From: Octopus sinensis
Lineage: Eukaryota
Length of the DNA stretch: 64,000 nt
Reading direction: 5' to 3'
Assembly (NCBI RefSeq): GCF_006345805.1
Contig: NC_043010.1
Span: 17,980,001 to 18,044,000, forward strand
Shown: positions 12,797 to 24,103 of the stretch, in pieces
How the letters are laid out: each line of letters begins with the position of its first letter
How positions within the stretch are numbered: the stretch's first letter is position 1
Position numbers and translations under genes: made by a program
Notes under the pieces: model-generated
Databases searched by the model: none
Told to the model about the DNA's origin: nothing
What the model saw: the letters and a program-made list of their open reading frames with translations, nothing else

Positions 12797-13324
12797 AGCT
12801 ACTTCTCCATCCCTCTACTTTATGTATTCTTTGTTATCTCCCTTTTTTCTTGTCCCCCACACCCACCTCTAATGTTATTTTGATTATGCTCTTTTAAACC
12901 TTCCTTCTGTTACCTACCCTATTGTTTTCCGTCCCCACTCTCTTTCCCCTTGTCACAATAAGGCTTTCTATTTATAGATATTATCTTCAACAGCCAAATT
13001 TATTCCTTCTGATGATGGCGTATAGGTGACACTACACTTGTAACTTAAATTTGTGTTATTCCATTTACATTTGCTAACACCAGTTTAGTACATGTATATA
13101 TGCACACGATATCCATGACTACATTCATTGATCACCAACTCTCAGAAACAGCTGTAAAGGATGACTTTGGTTTCTCTTCTTCCCCTTTATCTGTGTTATT
13201 AATGTATGAAATCTCTGGACATCTACCTATCGGTGAAGAACTCTCATGGACCTTTTTTCTGCTTGCTTTCTGTTTCATAATATTTATACTCACTTTTATA
13301 TAACAAATTAATAAATGTAAAGCA

Positions 13325-13545
13325 TTGGTGCTGGCACCACATAAAATGTATTGGTAATGGTTCCACATAAAGAACATCCAGTTCACTCTGTAGAGTGGTT
13401 GGTGTTAGGAAAGGCATCCAGCTGTAGAAACCAAGCCAGAACAGATGATGGAACCAGGTGTGGCTCCTGGCTTTGTCAGCTCTTGTCAAACCATTCCAAC
13501 CCATGCCAGCATGGAAAACGGATGTTACATGGTGATGATGATGAA
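13325..13545 (+). mobile_element. RTE-type 3' tail repeat (family D)
   Basis: Same conserved blocks and a (GAT)n end. Confidence 0.75.
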
Positions 13546-14324
13546 CTGATGCCATTAACAGCTTGCATTTCGCACATCTTCATATCCTAAGTTCAAATTC
13601 TGCCCAGGTCGACTTTGCCTTTCATCCTTTCAGGGTCAATAAAATAAGTACCAGTTGAATACTGTGGTCAATGTAATTGACTTACCCCCTCCCCTAATTT
13701 GCTGACCTTGTGCCAAAATTTGAAATCATTATAAATCAATAAATGTGTGTGTGTGTGTACATATTAAACATTTAAATTGGTTCAAAAATGTTTGGCATGT
13801 AAAAAAGCCATTTTCGCTGCAGTTTGCCATGGAGAAAAACTCCCACTTTAAGCGACAAGTGTCAAAATACCAAGTCATTTCACGGCAGCCCCTGATGGAA
13901 TGATAAAGGCATGTCAAGCTGTTTGGCTATCATTAGCTTGGCATAATACAAGAGAGATTAACCCTGAAGTGACTGTGGAAGTCATTGCTTCCTTCCATCC
14001 ACCCCTGGACATAGAAAAGTGGAGATGTGTATGATGTTAAAATGTTGGAGGTTGAGAAAGTATAGTTGGTGGTGATGGTGATATAGCAATGGTCAGTGGG
14101 GGGAATGTCCAGTGTTAATGGATTTGATGTTCATGTGTTTGGTGGGGTTAGAGGAGGGAACAGCAATAGAGGTGGGGGTGGAGTTGCTGGTGTTGGTTGA
14201 GGAGGTGGAGGTGATGGTGTGATGGTAGGGAAAGAATTGCAAAGGGGAGAATGGAGTAGATGCTGCAGACATGTGAATATCTCTCTATATATAAACAGCA
14301 AAATGTGTGTGTGTAATAAAAATT

Positions 14325-14630
14325 TTTCAGTTAGAGGGCTCGCACTTTCTATGGTCATTCAAAACCGTCCAAGGGTGGTCGTGCACATCTTTACATTTCC
14401 CCAGTCACCCCGCAAAGCCATTAAAAAATCAATAGAAGTGACTTTTTTGTGAATTTTCTATCCAAAACCCAATCAAAATGCCCGAAACTTGATACACCAA
14501 TTGAATGCCAGCTAGCTGTATGTGATTGGTCGGAGATTTGGACAGTACTCGCGTGTATGTGTGCACGCACGCAGCTGTATATGCATGCACTAGCACTATG
14601 ACCCGGCAACGCCGGGTCATAGTGCTACTC
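14325..14630 (+). mobile_element. Non-autonomous Helitron-like element with terminal hairpin
   Basis: Ends in tagcactatgacccggcaacgccgggtcatagtgcta; the cccggcaacgccggg hairpin followed by a ctaN end resembles Helitron 3' termini. Confidence 0.5.
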
Positions 14631-14966
14631 ACAGATAATTCTTTTTCAGAATGAGGAATATTGAAGTAGATGAAGCTATAAATAATAGCATGTAAATAGG
14701 GGGTTAAAAATCCCTTTGGATAGGAAAAGTTGAAGGCTGCCTGTGCGACTTGAGCCCATATCTCCTGTGAACATGACAGGTGTTCCATCATTTGATGGGT
14801 AACCTTTGACTGTTTATAGTTTGCTGTATCTCACTTGTCTCATCAGAATGGGTTTATATGTATACAGGTGTATGCATATGTGGCTACTCACATTTGTACA
14901 CATGTGTGTTGGTTCTGAAGACATCTCATCTGTTACTTCTCATATTTCTGTATGTATGTGCATATA

Positions 14967-14997
<31 letters not shown>

Positions 14998-15050
14998 ACA
15001 CAAATGTGTGTTGCTGTCCCCTATCTCACCTATGTTCTGTCATCCATCAG

Positions 15051-15194
15051 ATGAAGATGATGAGCTGCGTCCAGTCCCCTGATTTAAAGGAAGATGCTCA
15101 GGACCATAGTGGAAACCCTGAACCCCGGGGCACTGATACGACTCTCACCCCTATGATGACCTCTTCAGAATTTCTGCTGAACTACGACCTCCAG
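15051..15194 (+). CDS. Candidate 144-nt phase 0/0 exon (MKMMSCVQSPDLKEDAQ...LLNYDLQ), gene assignment uncertain
   Basis: Acceptor ttctgtcatccatcag|ATG and donor CAG|gtaagt; exactly 48 codons open in one frame; non-repetitive; no recognisable domain. Confidence 0.45.
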
Positions 15195-16018
15195 GTAAGT
15201 CCTTATTAATAGAAATGAGTCAACTAGAAAGCTGTGTGAACAGAAGATATATATATATATATAGATTGTTGTGACCATCAAGGGGCAGCTGATGTCAGAA
15301 TTGATAGGGCACCGGGTAAAATGTCTTTAGATTGGTTGTTGCCACCAGTTCTGTTCTGGTTTTATCTTTCATCCTTCTGGAATCAATAAGTACAAGTAAA
15401 CTACTGAGTTGAATATAGTCAACCATGTCCCCTCGTCCCTTCCGAAAAATTTCTTGTCGTGGTCATCAGAAGGTGGCAGAGTGTTCTAGTCATGACCATC
15501 CCATCCTTTCCTCAAGCACACTGCATCCAGATAGAAATAATCTTATATGTTCTTTTCTGAGACAGTAAGATGCAGTTCGAAGGCAATTTGACTGCTATTA
15601 TTAGCAAGTCAGGCAATAATATATTTCCCTCATTAACTCACCCCTTCACTCAGGCTGTTATGGTATTTGGTTGCAGAAAAATACATCGAAATGATGTTGG
15701 AAAAATGTAATAAAAAAAGGTATAACTCCTTAAAGATATTTTTAGCACAAATTTATTCTGGATACATTATGGGGAACTTTAATAATTAGTAGTTTCTAAC
15801 ATAAGCACAAATAAGGGAGTGTAACCCATTTAATCCACTCTGTATTTATGTCTTTAATATTGCTGTTTTGCTGCATTTCTGATGGTGAAAATAACAAAGA
15901 ATTACCTTTTGGAATGGATACCACACAAAGTTTTCTATTTCAAATGCACTACTTTTTTCTATTTTGTCACCATTGTATACTGACAAAAGATTCACACACA
16001 CACACACACACACACAGA

Positions 16019-16178
16019 GGCACTGGCGTGGCTGTGTGGTAAGAAATTTGCTTCCCAACCACATGGCTGCGGGTTCAGTCCCTCTGCATAGCACTTTGGG
16101 CAAGGGTCTTCTACTATAGTCCTAGGCTAACCAAAGCCTTATGAATGGATTTGGTAGATGGAAACTGAAAGAACTTGT
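16019..16178 (+). mobile_element. SINE family A 5' half
   Basis: ggcgtggctgtgtggtaag...ggttcagtccc...ggatttggtagatggaaactgaaagaa. Confidence 0.8.
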
Positions 16179-16512
16179 CATATATTTGTATGTGTATGTG
16201 TGTGTGTTACACTGTCTTTTTGCCTTGACTTCATGTGATACTTGTAAGCGTATGCCAGCATCATGCGAGCACTGTCCTTTATTTCCAGTTGTCCCTGACA
16301 ACATGTCCGATCATGGGGGTATACATGACCAACATTCTCCTTGTTTGGAAACAAGGCGGACACCTGACTGTAGAAATTCTACCTCAGTGAAATCCATCTG
16401 ACACAGGCAAGTAAGGGAAAGTGGACATTAAATGATGATGATGATGAAGATGATCTGTAACAATTATTGGCTTCCTTCATTTTATACATCCGATAATTAA
16501 GTGTTACATATA

Positions 16513-17772
16513 TACAGCGTGCAGTGAATAAACTGTCATCTAAATTACGTAAAAATGAAAATAACACTGACAGCTCATTTTAACAGATATTTACCAAAAT
16601 TACATAAAAAATATCTTGAAATACTGAAGAATAAATTTATTCAATAAAATCGCCAATGACTTCAACCATGGCCTCCAGACAACTTTGGAATCTCCTGCAA
16701 CTCTACTTGATGGTCTCCTTGTTTAAGTTGGTGATTGCTGCCATAATCCTTGCCTTCAGTTCATCTTTGGTGTTACAAGGAGTTTTGTTGGTCTCTCGCT
16801 CTACTGTGCCCCACACATAATAACCATGGGGGTTGCAGTCTGGGGAGTTATGTGTCAGGGGTGATGTGGTCACAGAAATTGTCTGACAGCCATGATTGGG
16901 TTCTCCTGCTTGTGTGGCATGGTGGAGAGTCCCGTTGCCAGACATAGGGTCTTCCACCCTCTTGACCTAGGGCAGCATTACCTCCTCCAGGCACTTGATG
17001 TAGACCTCTGTGTTCTGTGTGGGAACATGAATGGCGGCATAATGTCGCCATCACTAGTGATCACTCCAAACACCAGGATGTTAACTGGATGTTTGATTTT
17101 TATCACTCTCTGTACATCTTTTGAGGATATAGCAAGCTAACAGTTGTTGATCTTGGTGGATATTTTCTCATCTGAGAAACACCAAAGCATGTTCGGTTGG
17201 AGGGGATGTTTGAGTTTGTTCAAAAGCTTCATAGTGCAGTCTTTCTTCTTCTCCTTGATGGCTTGGGATAAAAATTGGCCCTTTCTCATCTTGTATGAGG
17301 AATACCGAATGTCTTCATGCATTACCTACATGATAAGAAACTCAGACACTCCCATGTCCCTGGCGATGGGCCTGACTGACTTGGAGGGATCATTGTTAAT
17401 CATGGCCTTGATCTCACCAACAAATTCAGGAGTCCTTTTCTTATCAGAACAATCAGAGTGAGTTTTCTGAACTGCTATAGCTTCGTAATCACCATAGACT
17501 CATCCAGCTCTTTCCAAAACCTCTCCTGTCCTCAGATTGACATCCAAACACTCTGATATGTTTGAATTAGAGCTTCCAGCACAAATGCCAAACAGAACAG
17601 CATGTCGTTTCCAAATTTCTGGCAGAGTGAATTGCGTCCTGGTGCTATTTTTGTCCTAGATGGTGCCCAACTGACCCTACTATACTGTGTAGTTAACAAA
17701 ATCAAAAGCAAACAATGCACATGCACGAAATTAAAAATATAAACTGGCGACAATTTACCCATTGTGCCCTAT
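16513..17772 (-). mobile_element. Near full-length Tc1/mariner transposon, DD37D (maT) type, transposase pseudogenised
   Basis: Both TIRs with TA flanks; fragments HEDIRYSSYKMRKGQFLSQ, CFSDEK, PYVWQRDSPPCH, NSPDCNP.GYYVWG, KDELKARIMAA; 37 residues between 2nd and 3rd catalytic Asp in the reconstructed family sequence. Confidence 0.9.
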
Positions 17773-17957
17773 ATATATATATATCATCATCATCGTTTAA
17801 CATCTGTTTTCCGTTAAATGATGATGATGTTGATATATATATATATATATGGTTATCCGTAATAATGAAGGGTGAAATTAATTAATTTGGAAAAATTATC
17901 AATTACACCAAGTAGTCTTCGGCATGTAAAAGCTCATTCGAGGAAAATTTAAGTAAG

Positions 17958-18370
17958 ACTAAGCAATAAGGGTTTAGCAACGAGTTGCCTTACCACATAC
18001 CGAATTTAGAAATAGCAGTCAAAGGGTTATAGCTATTTCTTCTACAAAAAAGGGAGATCTCAGTAAAAACAGCATTTGGAAGGCAGACACAAACAGGTAA
18101 GATAGAATGAATTGATGCAATCTATCATACATTTTTTAGTTATCCACGGACGTTAAAACTTGATTTCGAAACGTACGTCCGTGGATAACTAAAAAAATGT
18201 ATGATAGATTGCAGTCAATTCATTCTCTCTTACCTGTTTGTGTCTGCCTTCAAATGCTTTTTTACTGAGATCTCCCTTTTTTGTAGAAGAAATAGCTATA
18301 ACCCTTTGACTGCTATTTCTAAATTCGGTATGTGGTAAGGCAACTCGTTGCTAAACCCTTATTGCTTAGT
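17958..18370. repeat. Long fold-back palindrome P1 (about 196 bp arms, 21 nt loop)
   Basis: actaagcaataagggtttagc...ccacggacgt versus acgtccgtgg...cccttattgcttagt; only a few mismatches and indels. Confidence 0.95.
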
Positions 18371-18543
18371 ATATATATATATATATATATTATGTGAAAT
18401 AGAAAGATGAATAATCTTGTAGTAGATTAATCAAGTTTAACCGATACCTTAGTAGCAAAAATCACAGCAGTGAACAGCACGGTTGGAGGTACAACCATCT
18501 GGCGTTGCAACCGTGCGTTGGTGCGGATAATTGAAATTAAAAC

Positions 18544-18762
18544 ATTATTGGTGAATTGAAGAAATGGAGCTGAACGCAGATTGAACAGAAATCGTTTTAT
18601 TTCATTCTACACGTGTTTCGAAAGGCACATTACAAAATCCGATTGAATCCCATTATTCAATCGGATTTTGGTAATTTGTGCCTTTCGAAACACGTGTAGA
18701 ATGAAATAAAACGATTTCTGTTCAATCTGCGTTCAGCTCCATTTCTTCAATTCACCAATAAT
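18544..18762. repeat. Fold-back palindrome P2 (about 105 bp arms, 6 nt loop)
   Basis: attattggtgaattgaag...gattgaat cccatt attcaatc...cttcaattcaccaataat. Confidence 0.95.
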
Positions 18763-18788
18763 ATATATATATATATATATCCTTGAAA

Positions 18789-18997
18789 TATATATTTATA
18801 TATGTATGTGTACATAATTAGGTTTAAGTCATTATTTAATGATTTATCAGTGGCCAGCATACTAACAAGACCATGTTGATTAATTGTATTACTTAAATAC
18901 AAATTAATCAACATGGTCTTGTTATATGCTGGCCACTGATAAATCATTAAATAATGACTTAAACCTAATTGTGTACATATACATATATAAATATATA
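18789..18997. repeat. Fold-back palindrome P3 (about 100 bp arms, about 4 nt loop)
   Basis: taattaggtttaagtcattatttaatgatttatcagtggccagcata versus tatgctggccactgataaatcattaaataatgacttaaacctaatt. Confidence 0.95.
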
Positions 18998-19550
18998 AAT
19001 TATGATAAAGGGCACTGAAGTGACAATGCCTGTATGCTAGAAATAGATACCAAATGGACTACAAATATATACCACAAGGCTGTATGCGAGGAAAATGGAC
19101 AAAGAATTTATAAAAATATTTAGAAATATTGTGAACAATCCTAATATTTTTATAAATCTTTCTTTTTTTAATTTAATTTAATTTTTTTTAAATTTAATTT
19201 TTATTGGCTCAAAAAGCAAAAGCAAGGCCATGTAGGGGGACAGGGAGTTATGTACAGGGTGGTCATACAAAGAGTTCAGGCCATTTCTGGTCAAGAGAGA
19301 CTTTGAACCGAGTGGTCCTCGGCATCTTCACTATCTCGTCCAGCAGCTTATTCCACGGATCCGCAACCCGGACGGAGAAAGCCCCTCTCCTTCGATTGAG
19401 ATGAAATCGTCGTAGATAGAGCTTTCTGTCCATTTTCCTTGCATACAGCCTTGTGGTATACAGAGTAATAACTTCAATGGTTTGCAGTCCATTTGGTATC
19501 TATTTCTAGCATAAAGGGATTGTCACATCATTGCCCTTTATTATAATTAT
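18998..19550. repeat. Inverted repeat P4 (arms about 18998-19108 and 19423-19550) enclosing a CR1 3' end
   Basis: ctagaaatagataccaaatggact...ccacaaggctgtatgc versus gcatacagccttgtgg...agtccatttggtatctatttctag. Confidence 0.85.
19160..19425 (-). mobile_element. CR1-clade LINE 3' end, 5'-truncated, with AT-rich tail
   Basis: Minus strand encodes KLYLRRFHLNRRRGAFSVRVADPWNKLLDEIVKMPRTTRFKVSLDQKWPELFV*, the CR1 terminal F.S.RV...WN.L...F...LD pattern; A/T-rich tail at 19160-19203. Confidence 0.8.
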
Positions 19551-20085
19551 ATCTTTGTAATTATACTTAAATATATATGTATATATAAAAGCACACACAC
19601 ACAAATGCATTTAGAGACATACTAGAGGAAGTATTTTATGAAAAGGAGGAGATAGATATACTGTATAGATGATAACTAGAGGTTACTATGGGACAACCTT
19701 CTGAGGATTACAGACCAAATCTGTTGCTAGTACAAAGTTCCTGGTTGGCCAAAAGTGATGTGGTGTCAGAATAGTGCAGGAGACAGAGCTGTAAAAGAAG
19801 ATACAGGTTTGTAAAGATTGGGAAAACGAGGGCAGTTAGAAGGGGGAGCTAGGTTAGAAGTTTATGTAGTAAGGAGAGAGAAGCAGGAAGGAAGGGGTTT
19901 GTCAGTGTTCTGCTGCATGAAGTTGAGAGGCATGAGGTATTCCAGATTGCATGACAGTATGTCAGAGAGAATTGAAATGGTAGGTGAGAAGTGTGCTTGG
20001 ATGAATAATGGCACACTCGCATGTAGTGGTTCTAAAAAGAAAGTGGTGTGAAAGGGGTAAGATGGAAAGCTGTTAAATGTGAGCA

Positions 20086-20198
20086 TGGCAACAGGACTCT
20101 CCACCATGCCACACAAGCAGGAGAATCCAATCATGGCTGTCCGACAATTTCTGTGACCACATCACCCCTAACACATAACTCCCCAGACTGCAACCCCC
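20086..20198 (+). mobile_element. 113-bp internal maT transposase fragment flanked by a 10-bp direct repeat (aatgtgagca)
   Basis: Reverse complement of 16833-16945; aatgtgagca at 20076-20085 and 20199-20208. Confidence 0.85.
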
Positions 20199-20201
20199 AA
20201 T

Positions 20202-20706
20202 GTGAGCACCATATGAGCGGGATCATTGACAGAGCGGCTAACCAGCTTCCATGCTAGTGGCACTTAAAGGGCACCATTCGAGCGTGATCGTTACCAGCGT
20301 CGCCTTACTGGCACTTGTGCCCGTGTTAGTAGGGTGCCAAGAGCACCATCCGAGCGTGATCGTTGCCAGAGCAGCCAACTGGCTTCCGTGCCAGTGGCAT
20401 GTAAAAGGGCACCATTCGAGCTTGATCGTTACCAAAGTCGCCTTACTGGCACCTGTGCTGGCGGCATTTATAAAAGGATTCGAGTGAGGTCATTGCCAGT
20501 ATCGTCTGACTGGCCCTCGTGCCGGTGACACGTAAAATGCACCCACTACACTCTCGGAGTGGTTGGCATTAGGATGGGCATCCAGCTGTAGAAACTCTGG
20601 CAAATCAAGATTGGAGCCTGGTGCAACCATCTAGTTTGCCAGCCCTCAGTCAAAATCGTCCAACCCATGCTAGCATGGAAAGTGGATGTTAAACGATGAT
20701 GATGAT
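20202..20706 (+). mobile_element. Family D element with an internal approx. 136-bp duplicated module
   Basis: gagcaccat..gagcg at 20203 and 20341; gggcaccattcgagc at 20269 and 20407; (GAT)n tail. Confidence 0.8.
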
Positions 20707-22751
20707 GTATAGGAGCAAGATATCTCTCTATAACTCACTGACATTTAGCATCTCAGACTGCCACTTGCACTCACTTCACTTGTTTTAGTTTCCCTCAATC
20801 AGTATGATCTTGCTGTGAAACACATTTCATTTTTATTGCATGTGAGATTACAGGGCTATTTCCTTACCGACAATTTTTAGAATGACCTTATTTGTATGAA
20901 GATTCAGATGTTTGCAGCATTCTCAGGAGATTAAGGAATGAAATGAAAATTGTAAGCTTTAAACAATCATTCTTGCTTGCATCACTTACACAATTTTTAA
21001 ATAAAAAATTTAGATAAGTTTTCTTCATAACTTGCATATAATATTTCAAAACATATCCAAAGATAATTCAAGAGAAGCAAGTTTGAATTAAGTGAATGAT
21101 TAGAAACATGTAACTTGGAGTACTGGAATTATGCAACTTTCAGTTAATGTTATTATATATGTTTATATGAAGTTAAATATATGGCCAGTCATAGAGTGAC
21201 CAATGATTTTGCATCCATAAAGCGCTTACCTTTGTAGACTCATTGGCCACAGGCATATAATCTCTCTTCAAACTGGAGATAGAAAGCCATTATGATCAGT
21301 TAATTTATAAACAAAAGAATAATATATTCTATCTGAGCCTTAAACGGATGAGTTAGAGTGGTGCAGTTGGCAAATCTTAAAGACTTGCTGGACCTGGAAT
21401 CTCTCTTAAACTCAAGACATGAGATCTATAGCCCCTGCCCATATTTCAAATGCTACCTGCTGCAGGCGTTGGATTCCCTGTTCATCAATTAGTGCTATAA
21501 AAAGTACTTGCGAACTGGAACTGGCCTATGGACAGATTCTCTGTTCACCCTTTAGGTCCATAAGATTTGTCAACCAGACCAATCTAAACGCATAGCTCAC
21601 CATCATCATTTTATATCTGTTCTTGCTGGCATGAGTAGCACAGTTCAACAGTTAAGCAGGATTCAATGAGCTGAAGAACTACATCTTGTTTCAATTGTCA
21701 TTTTTGACATGATTTCAGTGGTTTGATTCCCTTTTTATCTCCAACTACTATACAGAGTGTTCTAGATGTGTTTTTGTCATGGCACCAGCACTATCGAGGT
21801 TGCCTTGCCATCAACAAGAGTAAGCACCCTCTCAAGCCCTACCTTGTCACTGATGAAATCAATTAGAAATGACTTATAGATTGTACTGGGTGTGGCACCA
21901 GCACTGTTTGGCAACTTATAAATGAAAAGGCAGCCCTGACAATGGATGGCACAGATTCATTGTGAAAAGATGATAGTGCAAAAAAGAAGGAAGGGTGTTG
22001 GGTGGGGAGTAAAAGGTGTAGAAGAGAGAGGAAGGAGAAGAGTAATGGCAGAAATTAACAAGAAGGATATGGGGAAGACAAAGTGGTGATGGGATAGGGA
22101 GGTTTGGTGGTCAGTCTGTCTTCCATACCAGAATTGATTGGATTGTTTGTTAGGATCCAAGATAGTTCTTATCGGGAGTTACACAGGTTTATTTTTGTGA
22201 GAGGGCATTAGGGGGACTAACAGTATTAGAAATGGGGGTAACAGGAGGTAAAGGAAAACGTAGTATGTTGTGAGGGTTATTAAGAAAAGTTAAGGAAGAG
22301 AGTAGGAAGCTTGTGTAAGAGATGACACAATGCTACCTGAGTAAAATGGTGGACGAAGGAAAGACAAAATGGAAGGGAGTAATAAGGGAAGGGGAAGACG
22401 GTGTCTGAGGGTTAGTGAGAGAATGAGTTAAGGATAAGGCTTTTGTTATGGTTTTGAGAACTATAATAAATAGAAGGATGCTGAGAAGTGATCCCTCATG
22501 TACCCCAAACTGTGCACTAAATTCATCACTGAGCTATGCCCACTTATAGGCATTCTCCAGATCAAAAATGCTAAGTGTAGAGGCTTATTCCTGACCACGT
22601 ATTTCCCTGGCAGTTGTCTCACAACAAATACAACATTAGTAATGTCTTTTCAAGAGACAGAACCAAGCTGCACATCATTCAGATGAATCCGGTTCTGAAT
22701 CAACTTTGCAATAATTTTTTTTATACCTCTCATAACGTTTGTCTAGTTTGA

Positions 22752-22752
22752 T

Positions 22753-22796
<44 letters not shown>

Positions 22797-23036
22797 TTAT
22801 ATATTTGTATGTATATATATATTTGTATGTATGTATATATATATATATTGTATGTATTTATATATATTTATATATTTGTATGTTATATATATATATATTT
22901 TGTATGATATATATATATATTATATATATATATTTGTATATATATATATTATATATATATATATTGTATGTATATATATATATATATTATATATATATAT
23001 ATATATATATTTGTATGTATTATATATATATATATC

Positions 23037-23089
<53 letters not shown>

Positions 23090-23232
23090 TGTATGTATAT
23101 ATATATATATATATATATTTGTATGTATATATATATATTTGTATGTATGTATATTATATATATATATGTATATATATTATATATATATATATTTGTATAT
23201 ATATAATATATATAATATTTGTATGTATATAT

Positions 23233-23265
<33 letters not shown>

Positions 23266-23272
23266 TTGTATG

Positions 23273-23303
<31 letters not shown>

Positions 23304-23475
23304 TATATTTGTATGTATATATATATATATATATATATATAGATATATATATATATATAATATATATATATATTATATATTATATATTTGTATGTATATA
23401 TATTTGTATGTATGTATGTATATTATATATATTTGTATGTATGTATGTAATATATATATTTGTATATATTATATA
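22752..23475. repeat. About 720 bp compound (CA)n/(TA)n microsatellite with recurrent ttgtatgta interruptions
   Basis: Directly visible; source of the YI-repeat pseudo-ORFs. Confidence 0.95.
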
Positions 23476-23611
23476 GAGGGCATTATTACACATTAATGCC
23501 ACATGCTAGGAGGGACCTTCAAGGTCAAAACTACCAAAAATAAACGGATCGTACCGTATTGACCTTGAAGGTCCATCCTAGTGTGTGGCATTAATGTGTA
23601 ATAATGCCCTC
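23476..23611. repeat. Fold-back palindrome P5 (about 53 bp arms, about 30 nt loop)
   Basis: gagggcattattacacattaatgccac...gaccttcaaggtcaa versus ttgaccttgaaggtcc...gtggcattaatgtgtaataatgccctc. Confidence 0.9.
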
Positions 23612-23755
23612 ATATAATATAAATAAATATTTTGAAGTGAAAAAAATTTTCAGATTTTTTCTCTTATGAGGTTTTTCACGCTAACTACCTGATAATTTCT
23701 TGTTAAGATTTCTTTTCAAGATTTTATCCTTAATTGTTAAATTTATATATATTTG

Positions 23756-23791
<36 letters not shown>

Positions 23792-24041
23792 TGTATATAT
23801 ATATATTATGTATGTATATATATATTTGTATACACACACACATATATATATTTATACTCCATGACTGAGGATAACCTTCCAGATTTTCTGCTGAGGAATT
23901 TTTCTTTCCTACAAATCCAAATAACTGCTGTTCACTAGAATGGTGCCTGAAGCAAATGCCTGGATTGTCTGATACCATTTCACTTTGTGTGTGTGTGTGT
24001 GTGCATGTATGTGTTCTATTAAAAAGGTATATGTATGTATG

Positions 24042-24103
<62 letters not shown>

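Noticed and set aside
13005-13040. CTGATGATGGCG... as a hammerhead relic
   Set aside because: No GAAA strand remains; too decayed to support.
14790-14855. Minus-strand CTGATGA-GAC...GTC-AAAG as a hammerhead
   Set aside because: G12 is missing and the flanks are direct rather than complementary, so there is no stem I.
21846-21875. gtca-CTGATGA-aatcaatta-GAAA-tgac as a hammerhead
   Set aside because: No stem III or cleavage triplet, and stem II is negligible; likely chance.
22739-23496. Long ORFs rich in YI, CV or HT dipeptides (also at 53645-54125, 58391-58785, 59902-60331)
   Set aside because: Translations of (TA)n, (TG)n and (CA)n microsatellites.
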